Source: Octopus vulgaris (Eukaryota). From it: DNA of 64,000 bases. The first letter of the stretch is position 1. Each line of letters begins with the position of its first letter. The translations under genes were made by a program, and so were the position numbers. Where the stretch lies: positions 174,902,001 to 174,966,000 of the forward strand of contig OX597816.1 in NCBI GenBank assembly GCA_951406725.2. Reading direction: 5' to 3'. The notes under the pieces were generated by a model. It worked only from the letters and a program-made list of their open reading frames with translations. It made no database searches and was not told the DNA's origin. Shown piece after piece: positions 20,880 through 33,775 of this stretch.

Positions 20880-21800
20880 CAAAAGTGTACAACAGACACC
20901 AATGGAAACAAAAAACCATCACTTTGGAAATGAAGTATGAAATTGTAAAAATGCTCAATAGCAGTACAACTGTGAAAAACATTTGTGACAAATCTCCACT
21001 TAACTCATCAACTGCACAATTCTCAAAGGGAAACAAAAATATTTATTTCAAGTGAGAAATGCGTAGCCTTTGCAATCAACCTGGGCTTGTGAAAGAGATG
21101 CTGGAAGCATTATTCTGGAAATGGAAAAACTTTTAAATGCATGGATAAGTAATAAAGCACAATGAATGCATGTGAATGTTAACAGAGCATTGATTTGAAG
21201 CAAACCAAAGCATTGTCTGTTTTCAGTATACTTAAAGAAATGAAAGATGACACAAATGAAACTGTCGTTGCAAGCAGAGGATGGGTTGGTCGATTTAAAA
21301 ATCAACACAGGTGGCATTCCATTAAAGTGCAAGGAGAAGTGTCAAGTGCTGATGTAGATGCAGCAGAAAAATTTCCAGAAACATTGGCAGAAATAATTGA
21401 AGAAGGGGGGGGGCTATGTGTCACAACTGATTTTTAATGTCAGTGAAACAGGACTTTTCTGGAAATGTATGCCATATGGAAATGTTACATTGCTAAGGAA
21501 GAATCTGTGCTGCCTAGTTTTAAAGTTGCAAAAGACTGACTGACATTATTATTTAGAGGAAATGCATCTGGGGATTTAAAATTCAAACCGATGCTAGTTT
21601 ATTGAGTGGAAAATCCTAGGGCACTTAAAGATATCTTACAAAGTACCCTTCCAGTCATATGGAAATCTAATAAAAAAGCTTGGGTTATGGCAACATTATT
21701 TGAAGAATGGTTTTTATATCACTTTGTGCTGAAAGTTAAGAAATGTGATAAGAACAAATTTCCATTTCATGTAATGTTGTTTATTGACAATTGCACCTAG
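20880..21800 (+). pseudogene. Tigger/pogo transposase remnant
   Basis: ASRGWVGRFK, GEVSSAD, ETGLFWK.MP, GNASGDLKFKP, WKSNKKAWV, FIDNC. Confidence 0.85.
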
Positions 21801-21804
21801 GGAA

Positions 21805-22538
21805 ATACCTAGCCAAAGATTACAAGGAGAAAGCCTTTGACAGAGTCCCCCAATCCTTTATCTGGTGGTCAATGAGGAAACTAGGGATAGATGAACGGTT
21901 AGTGATAGCTGTGTAAGCCATGTACAGGGACACTGTCAGTAAGGTGAGGGTTGGCAATGAGTACAGTGAAGAATTCCAGGTAGAGGTAGGGGTCCACCAA
22001 GGTTCAGTCCTCACCCCCCCCCCCCTATTTATCATAGTCCTCCAAGCAATAACAGAGGAATTCAAGACATTCAATGACTGGCATCCGTGCTAGTGGAGCA
22101 CTAAGAGCACCATCCAAGCGTGATCGTTGCCAGAGCAGGAGACTGGCTTCCATGCCAGTGGCATGTAAAAAGCAGCATTCAAGTGTGATCATTACCAGCG
22201 TCACCTTACTGGCACTTGTGCTGGTGGCACATGAAAAAACATTCAAGCAAGGTCGTTGCCAGTTCCGCTGCACTGGCTCCTGTGCACCTGGCACATAAAA
22301 AGCACCATTTGAGTGTGGCCGTTTCCAGTACTGCCTGACTAGCCCTTGTGCCAGTGGCACATAAAAGCACCCACTACACTCTCGGAGTGGTTGGCGTTAG
22401 GAAGGGCATCCAGCTGTAGAAACTCTTCCAGATCAAAATTGGAGCCTGGTGCAGCCATCTGGTTTGCCAGTCCTCAGTTAAATCGTCCAACCCATGCCAG
22501 CATGGAAAGCGAACGTTAAAAGATGATGATGATGATGA
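21805..22538 (+). mobile_element. RTE LINE fragments (RT piece plus 3' UTR with (GAT)n tail)
   Basis: EKAFDRVP and VGVHQGSVL; the 3' end is shared with the copies at 32091 and 55117. Confidence 0.8.
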
Positions 22539-22800
22539 ATGCATTAGGGCCTATTAAATCAATAACTTTTTTGTCATGTGTCACTGTGAAAAATACTTAT
22601 TGATTTTTGGAGGCAAGAATCAAAGAGCAAAGCCTAAGGCTTTGATAAGCTGACTCAACATGTTGGTTACAATTTCTGATTGAAACCAACTTTGCCTACA
22701 TTGAAAATACCTTTTAGTTAAAAGCATGAACATCACATCTAACTTTTGTTATGCAAAGGCAAACCTGTACAAAAAAAAAATTCTAATTATAAGAATTTAC

Positions 22801-22973
22801 TTTTGAAATTTCTCCTTCATGTCCTTCCAGTTTTGAACAAAGAATGTGAGTGGTAGTGTTGTAAACACGAGCTGTGCCATCAGCAGAAGCAGTCAATAAA
22901 TATTGACCAGTCAGGTCAAAGCCAACATCTAGAACTTCATCCTTATGACCACGGAACGTTCCAATACATTTTC
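22801..22973 (-). CDS. DAW1: DAW1 exon ([58 protein letters not shown])
   Basis: 173 nt, tctccag| and |gtaaat. Contains TASADGTAR and [11 protein letters not shown]. Confidence 0.94.
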
Positions 22974-23058
22974 CTGGAGAAAATAAAAAGAGGAAAAATA
23001 TAGAACATTTATACACACATCTATCTATCTCTATCTATATCTATATCTATATATATAT

Positions 23059-23263
23059 TTACGGAGATGTACTTGCATAGCAAGTGATTTGATCTGAGAT
23101 CGTGTGCTGGAACGAAAACAATTGCAGCGTGGAAGGTGTTTGTAAGCCATTTAAGAAACACACAAAAGCCGTTCGATTCACTTCAACATTTAAGTTTAAT
23201 TTGTCAAAATACTTTCGTTGCTTTAAGACCGCAACCTGTTTACTGACAAAAATCCGTGCTGCA
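23059..23263. repeat. Repeat embedded in (TA)n (probable Penelope terminal repeat); same family as 37668-38013
   Basis: High identity to the reverse complement of 37810-38013. Confidence 0.75.
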
Positions 23264-23283
23264 TCTGAATCTGTTATCTATAT

Positions 23284-23341
<58 letters not shown>

Positions 23342-23370
23342 GTGGGGGAGAAAGACAAACAATAGCAGGC

Positions 23371-23649
23371 ATGAGGAATGTATTGAGAGAGAAGTTAGGC
23401 ATAAGAGGAATTAGATGCTGTGTGCAAGAAAGAAGAATGCACTGGTTTGGTCATGTGTTGCAGATGGATGCCGTTAGCTCCATAAAAAAGTGCCGATCTC
23501 TCAAAGTAGATAGAATGTGTAGAGGTGGACCCAGGAAGACATGGGATGAGATAGTGAAGGACAACCTGAAAACGCTGAATCTTTCAGGCAAAATGACAAA
23601 GGATCAAGATGCCTGGCACTTTGCTTTACTGAAGAAGACCCGAAGGTAA
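23371..23649 (+). mobile_element. RTE LINE C-terminal fragment
   Basis: RRMHWFGHV...GPRKTWDE. Confidence 0.75.
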
Positions 23650-23850
23650 ATGTGTTTGAAAGTTGTGTTTTTCTTTTGGTATGTTTGTTCCCAAACAACA
23701 CTTCTTTTAGTGCTGTTTACACCACCGGATTGAATGGTACTGCCCAGGTGTAAAACCATAATATCTGTGGGGCAGCTGATGATGGAGGTATGTTGGATTG
23801 TTTGTATGTCTTTTTTTGTATATGTGGAATAGTGTTATAACATATCCTTT

Positions 23851-23906
<56 letters not shown>

Positions 23907-23908
<2 letters not shown>

Positions 23909-24372
23909 CAGCCAAAACTCATACCGCTAAGTAGTTGTAATTCTGAAATAGAAAGAGTAGACCGCGTTATTGCGGTAAGATTTGAAAATTTAGAGCATAT
24001 GTACTGGAGGCTTCTGTACCATAGCCTCGTGGACATATACTCGTCCTAGGCTCTCTGCCGACGAGGCACGCCAGATGTAAATGAATTTAATTTAATTTAT
24101 TTTAATTGATTCATTTGCCAAAGTTTTGCCAAAACTATGCATAGTCCAGAGATGAAAGGGGTAAACGTTTTTATTTCTCTTTCTATTTCAGAATTACAAC
24201 TACTTAGCGGTATGAGTTTTGGCTGCTCTTTCTAGTGAGTCGAATGTCCTATATGGCCATTCCTTATATTGTTGAATGTATATTATATAGTCTTTGACTA
24301 TTTTTTCTTTCTCACTAGACCACTGGTAGCGGAGAATTTTTCTAGAATTGTTTGCCACCCTTATATTTATTA

Positions 24373-24376
<4 letters not shown>
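23907..24376 (+). mobile_element. Penelope-like terminal-repeat remnant with an inverted segment and a degenerate hammerhead (24052-24152)
   Basis: 23909-23957 is inverted at 24178-24226. TCTCTG-CcGACGA-GGCA...TGCC-aAAA-CTATGCATAG-TC-CAGAGA. Flanked by (TA)n. Confidence 0.6.
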
Positions 24377-24430
<54 letters not shown>

Positions 24431-25877
24431 CTAAGAGCCCATAAATCAGAAAAAACAGGTACTCCTGTACTTGTAATGGAGTGAGTATATTAATATTGGA
24501 TTTTCAGATAAATTCATTAATTTTTTCTTAATTCATTTGAATCAAAGCCAAAAATATTTGTATCATATTATTTTATGGGTTTTTTTTTTAGTTCTAATAT
24601 TCCTCCATAGCTTTTTTTTTTTATTACTTGAATTAAATTATTTGAATAAATTTTACTGCATTTCAGACATACACAGTTTTTCTCCTAGCCAAGGAACATC
24701 CTTTGACCTAAGATATACAAATTTCACAAAAATTACTATGGTAGTCCTCTCAATGTCTTGTTGGCTTATGTTTTGTTGGACAGCAAACAACAGAGTTTTG
24801 ATAATAGTTTTCCGGTACTTTTAATTCTGTGCTGTTTGTGACTTGTGTACAATATCTAGTTGGCTCCACATCAAAGTTTTGTATTTGTGTTTGCTTGAAA
24901 GTCTGCATACTTAATCATGGTTTGCTGAGAACAGAACTTTTTGCATGCTTTATGATCCAGTTTGTCCTGCTTTCATTGTTAGAATGCCTTAATTTGTACA
25001 TCAAATGTTGTCTTTTCAAATTGAGTGATGATGTCATGAAAACTTAATCAATGACACCCAACAACTACTGTAAGTACGAGCAGAATAAAATATCAGCCAT
25101 GAAATCTTGTTTTAAAAATTCCTTTTCAAAGTGCGTGCGTGATGGTGGGACTGTTGATGGTGTGTGTGTGCGCATGCATGCAAATGTGCATGGCTCAGTG
25201 GTTAGCATGTCAGGCTCACAATCCTGAGGTAGTGACTTCAATTCCCAGACCAGGCTGTGTGGTTGTGTTCTTGAGCAAGACACTTTATTTCATGTTATTC
25301 CAGTTCACTCAGCTGTAGAAATGAGTTGCAATGTCACTGGTACCAAGTTGTATCAGCCTTCGCTTTTCTCTTGGATAACTTTGGTGGCATGGAGAGGGAA
25401 GGCTGGTATGCTTGGGCAACTGCTCATCTTCCATAAACAACCTTGCCTGGACTTGTGCCTTGGAGGGGCAATCCTATGGTCATTGATGACTGATGGGGGT
25501 ATATATAAATATATAAATATAAATATATTTATATTTACAACAAGCATAATAACAAGCATAATAACGGTACAACAAGCATAATAACAGCAAATATCCAGGG
25601 TCTTTATCCGAAAACAAAACAGTGTAAAGTCCCTTTCTTGGAAGAATTAGCAACAGAAAACAACTCCAAAATAATTGGAATTACTGAAAGTCATCTCAAC
25701 GAAAACATCCGCAACAGCGAAATCACAATCAATAGATTCAACATCTTCAGATGTGATAGACAAGGCAGATCCCATGGGGGCGTTATCATGTATATCCATG
25801 ATACCTATGCAGGCATAGAACTTGTCAATGAATCAAATGCCTACTGCAACCTGCTGTGCATAAAAATCATCCAACTT

Positions 25878-26108
25878 GTAGAGGTGCAATGGCCTAGTGG
25901 TTAGGGCAGCGGACTCGCGGTCGCAGGATCGCGGTTTCGATTCTCAGACCGGGCGTTGTGTGTGTTTATTGAGCGAAAACACCTAAAAGCTCTACGAGGC
26001 TCCGGCAGGAGGTGGTGATCCCTGCTGTACTCTTTCACCACAATGGCGGTGCCCCAGCATGGCCACAGCTCAAGAGCTGAAACTGGAAAAACAAAAAAAA
26101 AAAAAAAA
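25878..26108 (+). mobile_element. tRNA-derived SINE with an A-tail, inserted in the LINE endonuclease
   Basis: tggcctagtgg A-box, gtttcgattc B-box, poly(A), TSD AACTT. Removing it restores IIQL|NTVVTIMYRPP. Confidence 0.85.
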
Positions 26109-26651
26109 AACTTAATACAGTTGTAACAATAATGTACAGACCGCCAAACAGCCCAACATTATCCTTCACTGAGCCACTGACGACGCTCCAACAAATTCTG
26201 GGAAACATGGCGAGTCCAATGCCAGACATTATCCTCCTTGGTGACTTCAACTTCCCTAACATCATCTGGCCACATGGACACATACTAAAACTGGGACAAA
26301 AGCTGAACAAATACAGGCAGCCAAACTGTTGGAAGTCACAGAGAAATTATACCTCAAACAAATGATGACAGAAGCAACAAGAAATAATAATACGATCGAC
26401 TTGGTTTTCACCAACAACGAGGACACACTATTTGACCTTCACTCAACCCCAACAATCCTTTCAGACCACAATATTATTGAAATGCATTTACACATTGGTA
26501 ATGAGCCCAATGCCACAACTCTTAAACAAAAGGACATGCCAAAGCTATGCAGGTATGATTATCACCAGGCAAATTGGGAAACTATTAACAACCAGTTACA
26601 AATCATTGACTGGGATCTCTACCTTACTGGGCCAGATAAACACAAGAAATT

Positions 26652-29407
26652 TGTAGTGATGCTACTGTGTAGGGTTCAGCGCACATGCGCAGAATAGGAC
26701 TACTTCCGGGTGGCCACCGGAAGTCTTCCCCATGCGCATGTGCGGGAAACGTTCCCTTACCCGCCAAAACTCAAATCTATCTCTCCGGCTCCACAGCTCA
26801 TCGCGATTGGACGTACATTCAACAGGCTCTGACAACCTCACGACATAGCCGCCAACGACCACCAACAAACTTCAACAAACTAACAAGAAGCTGCACATCA
26901 GAGGTTGTCCTTTCTCCCATCAGACACACGTACGACATCGCGATAAATAAACGAACTGCTGTCTTTTTACCTACAACCTGACTTCGTCTGTATTGTCTTA
27001 TAAATTGTATGTGACTAGATCGGATATCGACACCCTTTCAGTGAATCGATAACAGATCCTTCGTTTCAATTGGTGACCCCAAGCTGAAAAAAAAAGAACA
27101 GAACAGAAGGCGCAGCAAACAGGTTTTTGCCAGATAGAGCGCTGAACATTCATTTTTTCATCCAGTTTTTCTGCTAAGTCTGAACACGATCAACTCTACG
27201 CAGTCATCATCCTTCGACGATTTGTTTCCGGTCCCCTCAAACAGTTATAAAAGGAGCCTCTCTTATTTACAGCAATAATGACGACACTAACATACACCAC
27301 GGACGCCTTCATATCATCGATGCTTTTTCTCTGCCGTCGTCATCACCATCGTCGTCTTAGAACTTCACGTCGTCGTTATCTTCGTCACCAGCAACACTAA
27401 GCAACAATGTGTCTCAAGTCCATCACTGTCGCCTTCAACACCATCGACCTCAACAAGATGTACATAGCAACTCGCGGAAGTTTAGCGTACATGCTGTTCG
27501 TGTATACACACCAGCATTAACAGCACAGTCTACCTGCGAGATCTTCTGTACCAATTTAACCTGTCACAGCATTGAAGCCATGACTGCTACACGACATGTG
27601 TTCAACCGGCATCTGCATTTGTGATCTCAACATTCTGTTACAGAACGAACTGCTATTATGTATCATGCTGTTACGAACTGGTAAATTAACTCCATCTTGT
27701 CTGAAATAGCCCTGACAGACTTTTTCCTATGCGCTGTATTTTATTTTGTCCGCATTCACTTTGTTGTATTTCTGTCGCACACACGTACACACACAAATGT
27801 TATCTCTGTCACATTCATACGTCACCCATGCCTTTCTCGCTTGTTTTTCCATGCTCAATTTGCCTTTGTGGACACAACTCATCTCTGTAAGACCCTAGGT
27901 CGGTCACGTATACATAGAGAAAGTTGTTTGTCCATGATAACGCGCCAGCATGTCACACTTTTGTTCCTGCACGACCGAGGCATATAATCGCTCAAGCACT
28001 GGCTGGCAGCCTCAGCCTTACTACATTAACCACTGGCATATTCATTGCTGTGTTTCAGTCTAGCAAGCCCTATTGCATTCACCGACTCAAAGAACGTCGG
28101 ATGTTCACATGTGCTGCGCCCATGTTTAGGCGTAATTTCCCCCTGTTAGACCCCTGTTGGTCACGTAATTAACAGAGAAAATTATCTGTCTCGCGCATCA
28201 CTCCAGCATGCTTACACTGTCACCTTTGCTAACCTTACACTTTCAGCTGAAGCACTGTCTGCCTTTTGTGTTACTAGCGATCTATCTGCCAGTTCCATTT
28301 CCTCTCCTGCAGCAATTGACTTAACTGCTATTTCGCAGGATCAACCACCTTTAGAGGAGTTGGATTTAACTTCGCCTAAGTTTATTAACTGTAAGTTTGC
28401 CTAGCTTCCGCTCCTTTCAGCGGACGGCTCTAGACTTTGTGATGTATCCACCGGTTCACCTAGACCATTAGTACCTGAGAAACATCAACGTTCTGTGTTT
28501 GATGCTCTTCATTCACTGTCACATCCAGGTATCTCTGCCACAGTTCTTTTGGCCCAATATATGACGATCGATTACCTCTTGGGCACGCTCTTGTTTGAAG
28601 TGCCAGAGTGCTAAGGTCCATGGACACGTTCGTGCTCCACTTGGACAGTTTTCTTCTCCTGAAGCCCGTTTTCGCCATGTCCACCTTGATTTGGTTGGAC
28701 CATGGCCTGTGAGTCACGGGTTCTCATATATATTTAACTTTATCGATCATTTCTCACGTTGGCCGGAAGCTATTCTTATTCACACATGCACCTTTGATTT
28801 TGCTCATTTTGAGTATTTTTTTCTTTTTTTTCCTTTTGGTGAATTTCTTATGTATATTATAAATTCTGCCATTTTGTTATATTGTATGATATTATGTACC
28901 AAGTCTTCTGGGGGATCGGCAAGCCTTCTGTTTTCTGCAGCACCACCACAAATTTTCTTGTTGTCGTACTTCGCACTCGAAGGGGAGCCTTGTAGTGATG
29001 CTACTGTGTAGGGTTCAGCGCGCATGCACAGAATGGGACTACTTCCAGGTGGCCACCGGAAGTCTTCCCCATGCGCATGTGCGGGAAACGTTCCCTTACC
29101 CGCCAAAACTCAAATCTACCTCTCCGGCTCCACAGCTCATCGCGATCGGACGTACATTCAACAGGCTCTGACAACCTCACGACATAGCCGCCAACGACCA
29201 CCAACAAACTTCAACAAACTAACAAGAAGCTGCACATCAGAGGTTGTCCTTTCTCCCATCAGACACATGTACGACGTCGCGATAAATAAACGAACTGCTG
29301 TCTTTTTACCTACAACCTGACTTCGTCTGTATTGTCTTATAAATTGTATGTGACTAGATCGGATATCGACACCCTTTCAGTGAATCGATAACAGATCCTT
29401 CGTTACA
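26652..29407 (+). mobile_element. Non-autonomous, internally deleted CsRn1-clade Gypsy element
   Basis: 417-bp LTRs (26652-27068 and 28991-29407, about 9 differences), 4-bp TSD AATT, PBS TGGTGACCCC (tRNA-Trp), PPT GAAGGGGAG, integrase remnant CQSAKV...HVHLDLVGP...DHFSRWPEA. Confidence 0.92.
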
Positions 29408-29434
29408 AATTCTTAAACAAGATCGAAGAAATAT

Positions 29435-31426
29435 GTGCAAAAAATATTCCTCTTAAGAAAACCAAATCCACAAAAAAAACCTGTACCACGGGAGCGAAAG
29501 ATCCTGATGCGCAAAAGGTCAAGACTAAGAAACAAAACATCTAAGCTGACATCAAAACATGAATTACAGAAAGTCCTTGACCAAATATACAGATTAGAAG
29601 ACAATCTAAAACAACACTATGATGAAGAACGTAACAATGCAGAAAAGAGAGCCATAGAAAACATCAAGAAAAACCCAAAATGTTTCTACAGTTTTGCAAA
29701 GAAATACTCGAATACCAAGTCAACAATAGGACCTCTCCAGAGACAAAATGGGGATGTAGTGAATAACCCTATTGAAATGGCAGAAATGTTGGGTCAACAG
29801 TATGAAAGTGTCTTCAGTGAGCCATCTAAAACCACGAAGATCCATGACCCAGGAAAATCCTTCAAGGATATCGACCATACTAAACCTACCCTATCCGACA
29901 TTGATTTCAACCCAGAAGACATAGAAAGAGCCATAGACAAGCTCTCCATGCACTCGGCTGCGGGGCCTGACGGTTTCAATGCCATGATACTTAAAAACTG
30001 CAAGGTACAATTGTTGAAACCCCTTTACATGATATGGAGGGAATCTATGGAGAATGGCAAAATACCAAATCCATATAAAGAAGCACACATAACTCCAATA
30101 CATAAAGGGGACAGCAAATCAAAACCAAAGAACTACCGACCAATCTCACTGACATCACACATTATCAAGGTCTTCGAAAGAATAGTTCGTGGAAAACTGG
30201 TTGAGTTCCTGGAATCTAACAATCTGATGAATTGCAACCAGCATGGATTCAGGTTAGGTAGATCATGTCTTTCCCAACTACTGGCACACCATGACCAAAT
30301 CCTAGAAAATCTAGAGAATGGATACAACACAGATGTTATTTACCTCGACTTTGCCAAGGCATTTGACAAGGTAGATCATGGCATCCTGGGTCACAAACTT
30401 CGAAAGCTAGGAGTAGGAGGAAAAGTTGGTACATGGATACATGAGTTCCTTACAAATAGAACTCAAACAGTCACTGTGAATGGAACCCATTCAACACCAT
30501 CACCTGTGACCAGCAGTGTTCCTCTGGGTACAGTACTCGGCCCAATCCTGTTTCTCATCCTCATCTCTGACATAGATGAAGATACAACCAGCAATGTCTC
30601 ATCCTTTGCTGATGACACCAGGGTCATGAGACAAATCAAAGACGAGGTGGATACAGAGGCCTTACAAAAGGACCTGACCACCATATATAAATGGCAGGAA
30701 ACAAACAACATGTTGTTCAATGATAAGAAGTTTGAACTAATTCGCTACGGAACAGATCAAGATCTGAAAAATACAACAAACTACAGAAACCCATCAGGAC
30801 AACAAATAATGGAAAAACAGTATGTGAAAGATTTAGGCATCCACATGGGAACCAGCCTAAAATTCAGAGAACACCTTGACTCAGTCTGTCTTACTGCAAG
30901 AAAGTACAGCGGGTGGATCTTGCGCACCTTCAAATCAAGAGATACCTCAACAATGAAAACCCTCTGGAACGGTATGATACTTCCGAGGATTGACTACTGT
31001 TCTCAGTTGTGGTCACCAACAACAAAGGGCCAACTATCTAAGATGGAATCGCTCCTTAGAAATTTTACCTCATACTTCTCAGAAACGAGGGACCTGGACT
31101 ATTGGCAAAGACTCAAAACCTTGAAGATGTACTCAATAGAAAGAAGATTTGAGCGATACCGAATTATATACATTTGGAAAATGATAGAGCAAAAGGTGCC
31201 AAACTTTGGTATCAAAACCTACTACTCACTGCGCCACGGAAGACGCTGCCAGCTACCACCAATCAACAAAAAGGCTGGCCAGGCAGCAAAAACCCTGCGA
31301 GAGTCAAGTCTGTTGGTTCGAGGAGCACAACTATTCAACTCCATTCCGGTACATGTCAGAAATCTATCAGGATGCAGTGTGGAATCATTCAAATTGCAGC
31401 TGGATAGATACTTAAGCACCCATTAG
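29435..31426 (+). CDS. LINE reverse transcriptase, 663-aa open segment
   Basis: NYRPISLTS, QHGFR, DFAKAFDKV, VPLGTVLGP, FADD, YCSQLWSP. Confidence 0.9.
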   Translation: MQKIFLLRKPNPQKKPVPRERKILMRKRSRLRNKTSKLTSKHELQKVLDQIYRLEDNLKQHYDEERNNAEKRAIENIKKNPKCFYSFAKKYSNTKSTIGPLQRQNGDVVNNPIEMAEMLGQQYESVFSEPSKTTKIHDPGKSFKDIDHTKPTLSDIDFNPEDIERAIDKLSMHSAAGPDGFNAMILKNCKVQLLKPLYMIWRESMENGKIPNPYKEAHITPIHKGDSKSKPKNYRPISLTSHIIKVFERIVRGKLVEFLESNNLMNCNQHGFRLGRSCLSQLLAHHDQILENLENGYNTDVIYLDFAKAFDKVDHGILGHKLRKLGVGGKVGTWIHEFLTNRTQTVTVNGTHSTPSPVTSSVPLGTVLGPILFLILISDIDEDTTSNVSSFADDTRVMRQIKDEVDTEALQKDLTTIYKWQETNNMLFNDKKFELIRYGTDQDLKNTTNYRNPSGQQIMEKQYVKDLGIHMGTSLKFREHLDSVCLTARKYSGWILRTFKSRDTSTMKTLWNGMILPRIDYCSQLWSPTTKGQLSKMESLLRNFTSYFSETRDLDYWQRLKTLKMYSIERRFERYRIIYIWKMIEQKVPNFGIKTYYSLRHGRRCQLPPINKKAGQAAKTLRESSLLVRGAQLFNSIPVHVRNLSGCSVESFKLQLDRYLSTH

Positions 31427-31597
31427 AGATGAACCCCATCTCCCAGGATATACACAATGAGCACAAACTGACTCAAACTCGCTCCTACACATGTCAAAAA
31501 AAATTAAGCAGAGAATACAACCTGGCAACCACACCAGACTCTGAGGGTGGAGTCTTTGACTTGGCCTGAGCATGGACTCAAACTCAAATGAAATGAA

Positions 31598-31670
<73 letters not shown>

Positions 31671-31674
<4 letters not shown>

Positions 31675-32083
31675 CGCAGGAGTGGCTGTGTGGTAAGTAG
31701 CTTACTAACCAACCACATGGTTCCGGGTTCAGTCCCACTGCGTGGCATCTTGGGCAAGTGTCTTCTGCTATAGCCCCGGGCCGACCAATGCCTTGTGAGT
31801 GGATTTGGTAAACGGAAACTGAAAGAAGCCTGTCGTATATATGTATATATATATGTGTGTATGTGTTTGTGTGTGTGTGTTTGTCCCCCTAGCATTGCTT
31901 GACAACCGATGCTGGTGTGTTTACGTCCCCGTCACTTAGCGGTTTGGCAAAAGAGTCCGATAGAACAAGTACTGGGCTTACAAAGAATAAGTCCCGGGGT
32001 CGATTTGCTCGACTAAAGGCGGAGCTCCAGCATGGCCGCAGTCAAATGACTGAAACAAGTAAAAGAGTAAAAGAGTAAAGAGT
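31671..32083 (+). mobile_element. SINE family A, full length
   Basis: Consensus match. Confidence 0.88.
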
Positions 32084-32090
32084 ATATATA

Positions 32091-33775
32091 TCATCATCAT
32101 CATCGTTTAACATCCGTTCTCCATGCTAGCATGGGTTGGATGGTTCAACCGGGGATCTAGGAAGCCAGAAGGCTGCACCAGGCTCCGGTCTTATCTGGCA
32201 ATGTTTCTACAGCTGGATGCCCTTCCTAACGCCAACCACTCCGTGAGTGTAGTGGGTGCTTTTTACGTGCCACCTGCACTGGAGCCAGGCGAGGCTGGCA
32301 TCGGCCACGGTCGGATTGGTGCATTTTACGTGCCACCTGCACGGAAGCCAGTCGAGGTGGCACTGGCTTCGGCCACGATTCAGATGGTGCTTTTTACGTG
32401 CCACCGACATGGAAGCCAGTCGAGGCGGCGCTGGCATCGGCCACGATTCAGATAGTGCTTTTTACGTATCTCCAGTCCAGGGGTCCTGGCATCTGCCAGG
32501 TGCCAGTCATAGGATTGGTTCAATTTCGATTCCGATTTCAATTTCACTTGCCCCAACAGGTTTTCGCAAGCAAAGGGGGGTAGGCATAGGTGCCTGTCGT
32601 CGGATGAGGTTCGATATCGACTTCGCTTGCCTCAACAGGTCTTTGTGTGTCCAAGGGAGGAAAGGCATGCATAAGTGGGCTGGACTCACTTATCCTGCCT
32701 GGTCTTTTCACGCACAGCATATTTCCAAAGGTCTCGGTCGCAGGTCATTTCCTCAGTGAGACCTAAAGTTCGAAGGTCGTGCTTCACCACCTCAGCCCAA
32801 GTTTTCCTGGGTCTACCTCTTCCATAGGTTCCCTCCACTGCTAGGGATTGGCACTTTTTCACACACCTATCTTCATCCATTCTCGCCACATGACCATACC
32901 AGCGCAATCATCTCTCTTGCACACCACAACTGATGCTCCTTAAGTCCAACATTTCTCTCAGGGTACTAACGCTCTGTCGAGCATGCACACTGATATTACA
33001 CATCCATCGGAGCATACTGGCTTCATTTCTCGCGAGCTTACACATATCCTCAGCAGTCACGGCCCATGTTTCACTGCCATGTAGCATGGCTGTTCGTACA
33101 CATGCATCATACAGTCTGCCTTTTACTCTGAGCGAGAGGCCTGTAGTCACCAGCAGAGGTAAGAGCTCCCTAAACTTTGCCCAGGCTATTCTTACTCTAG
33201 CCGTTACACTTTCACCACACCCACCCCCACTACTGACTTGGTCACCAAGATAACGGAAGCTATCAACTACTTCTAGTTTTTCCCCCTGGAAAGTGACGGA
33301 AGTTGTTTTCTGCAGATTTTCAGAGGTTAATGCTCCCAAGCATCTGCCACATACAAAAACACATCTTCCCAGTTAGCCTTCCTTTGACATTGCTGCACCT
33401 CTTATGTGTCCATAGCTTACACTGGGTACATCTTATAGAGTTTCTACCTACACCTTTTCTACAGATCGAGCAAGGCCACCTTCCTGAAGACATTAGTGGA
33501 TTGTCTACCTTCCTACTTATTAGGACTTTGGTTTTAGCTAGGTTGACTCTAAGGCCCCTCGATTCTAGACCCACCTTCCACACCTGGAACTTCTCCTCCA
33601 GTTCTGATAGTGACTCAGCAATTATAGCAAGGTCGTCAGCATATAGGAGCTCCCAGGGGCAACCTGTCTTGAATTCCTCCGTAATTGCCTGGAGGACTAT
33701 AATAAATAGGAGGGGGCTGAGTACTGAACCCTGGTGGACCCCAACCTCTACTTTGAATTCTTCTGTGTATATGTT
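32091..33775 (-). mobile_element. 5'-truncated RTE LINE with a PHD finger inside the RT region
   Basis: VGVHQGSVLSPLLF, YADD, FRYLG, WYGHV; (GAT)n tail; tandem repeats in the 3' UTR. Confidence 0.9.

Larger units (their letters stand above)
25575..31600 (+). mobile_element. CR1/L2-group LINE ORF2 (APE plus RT), interrupted by a SINE and an LTR element
   Basis: APE motifs GITESHL, DRQGRSHGGV, YRPP, GDFN, DLVF, SDHN; 3' (AAATG)n tail. Confidence 0.9.

Noticed and set aside
25878-25960. tRNA gene
   Set aside because: The A/B boxes belong to a SINE head followed by a body, poly(A) and TSD; no complete cloverleaf.
26685-26981. Duplicated 98-aa ORF (also 29024-29320) as a gene pair
   Set aside because: Both lie wholly within the two LTRs of one element.
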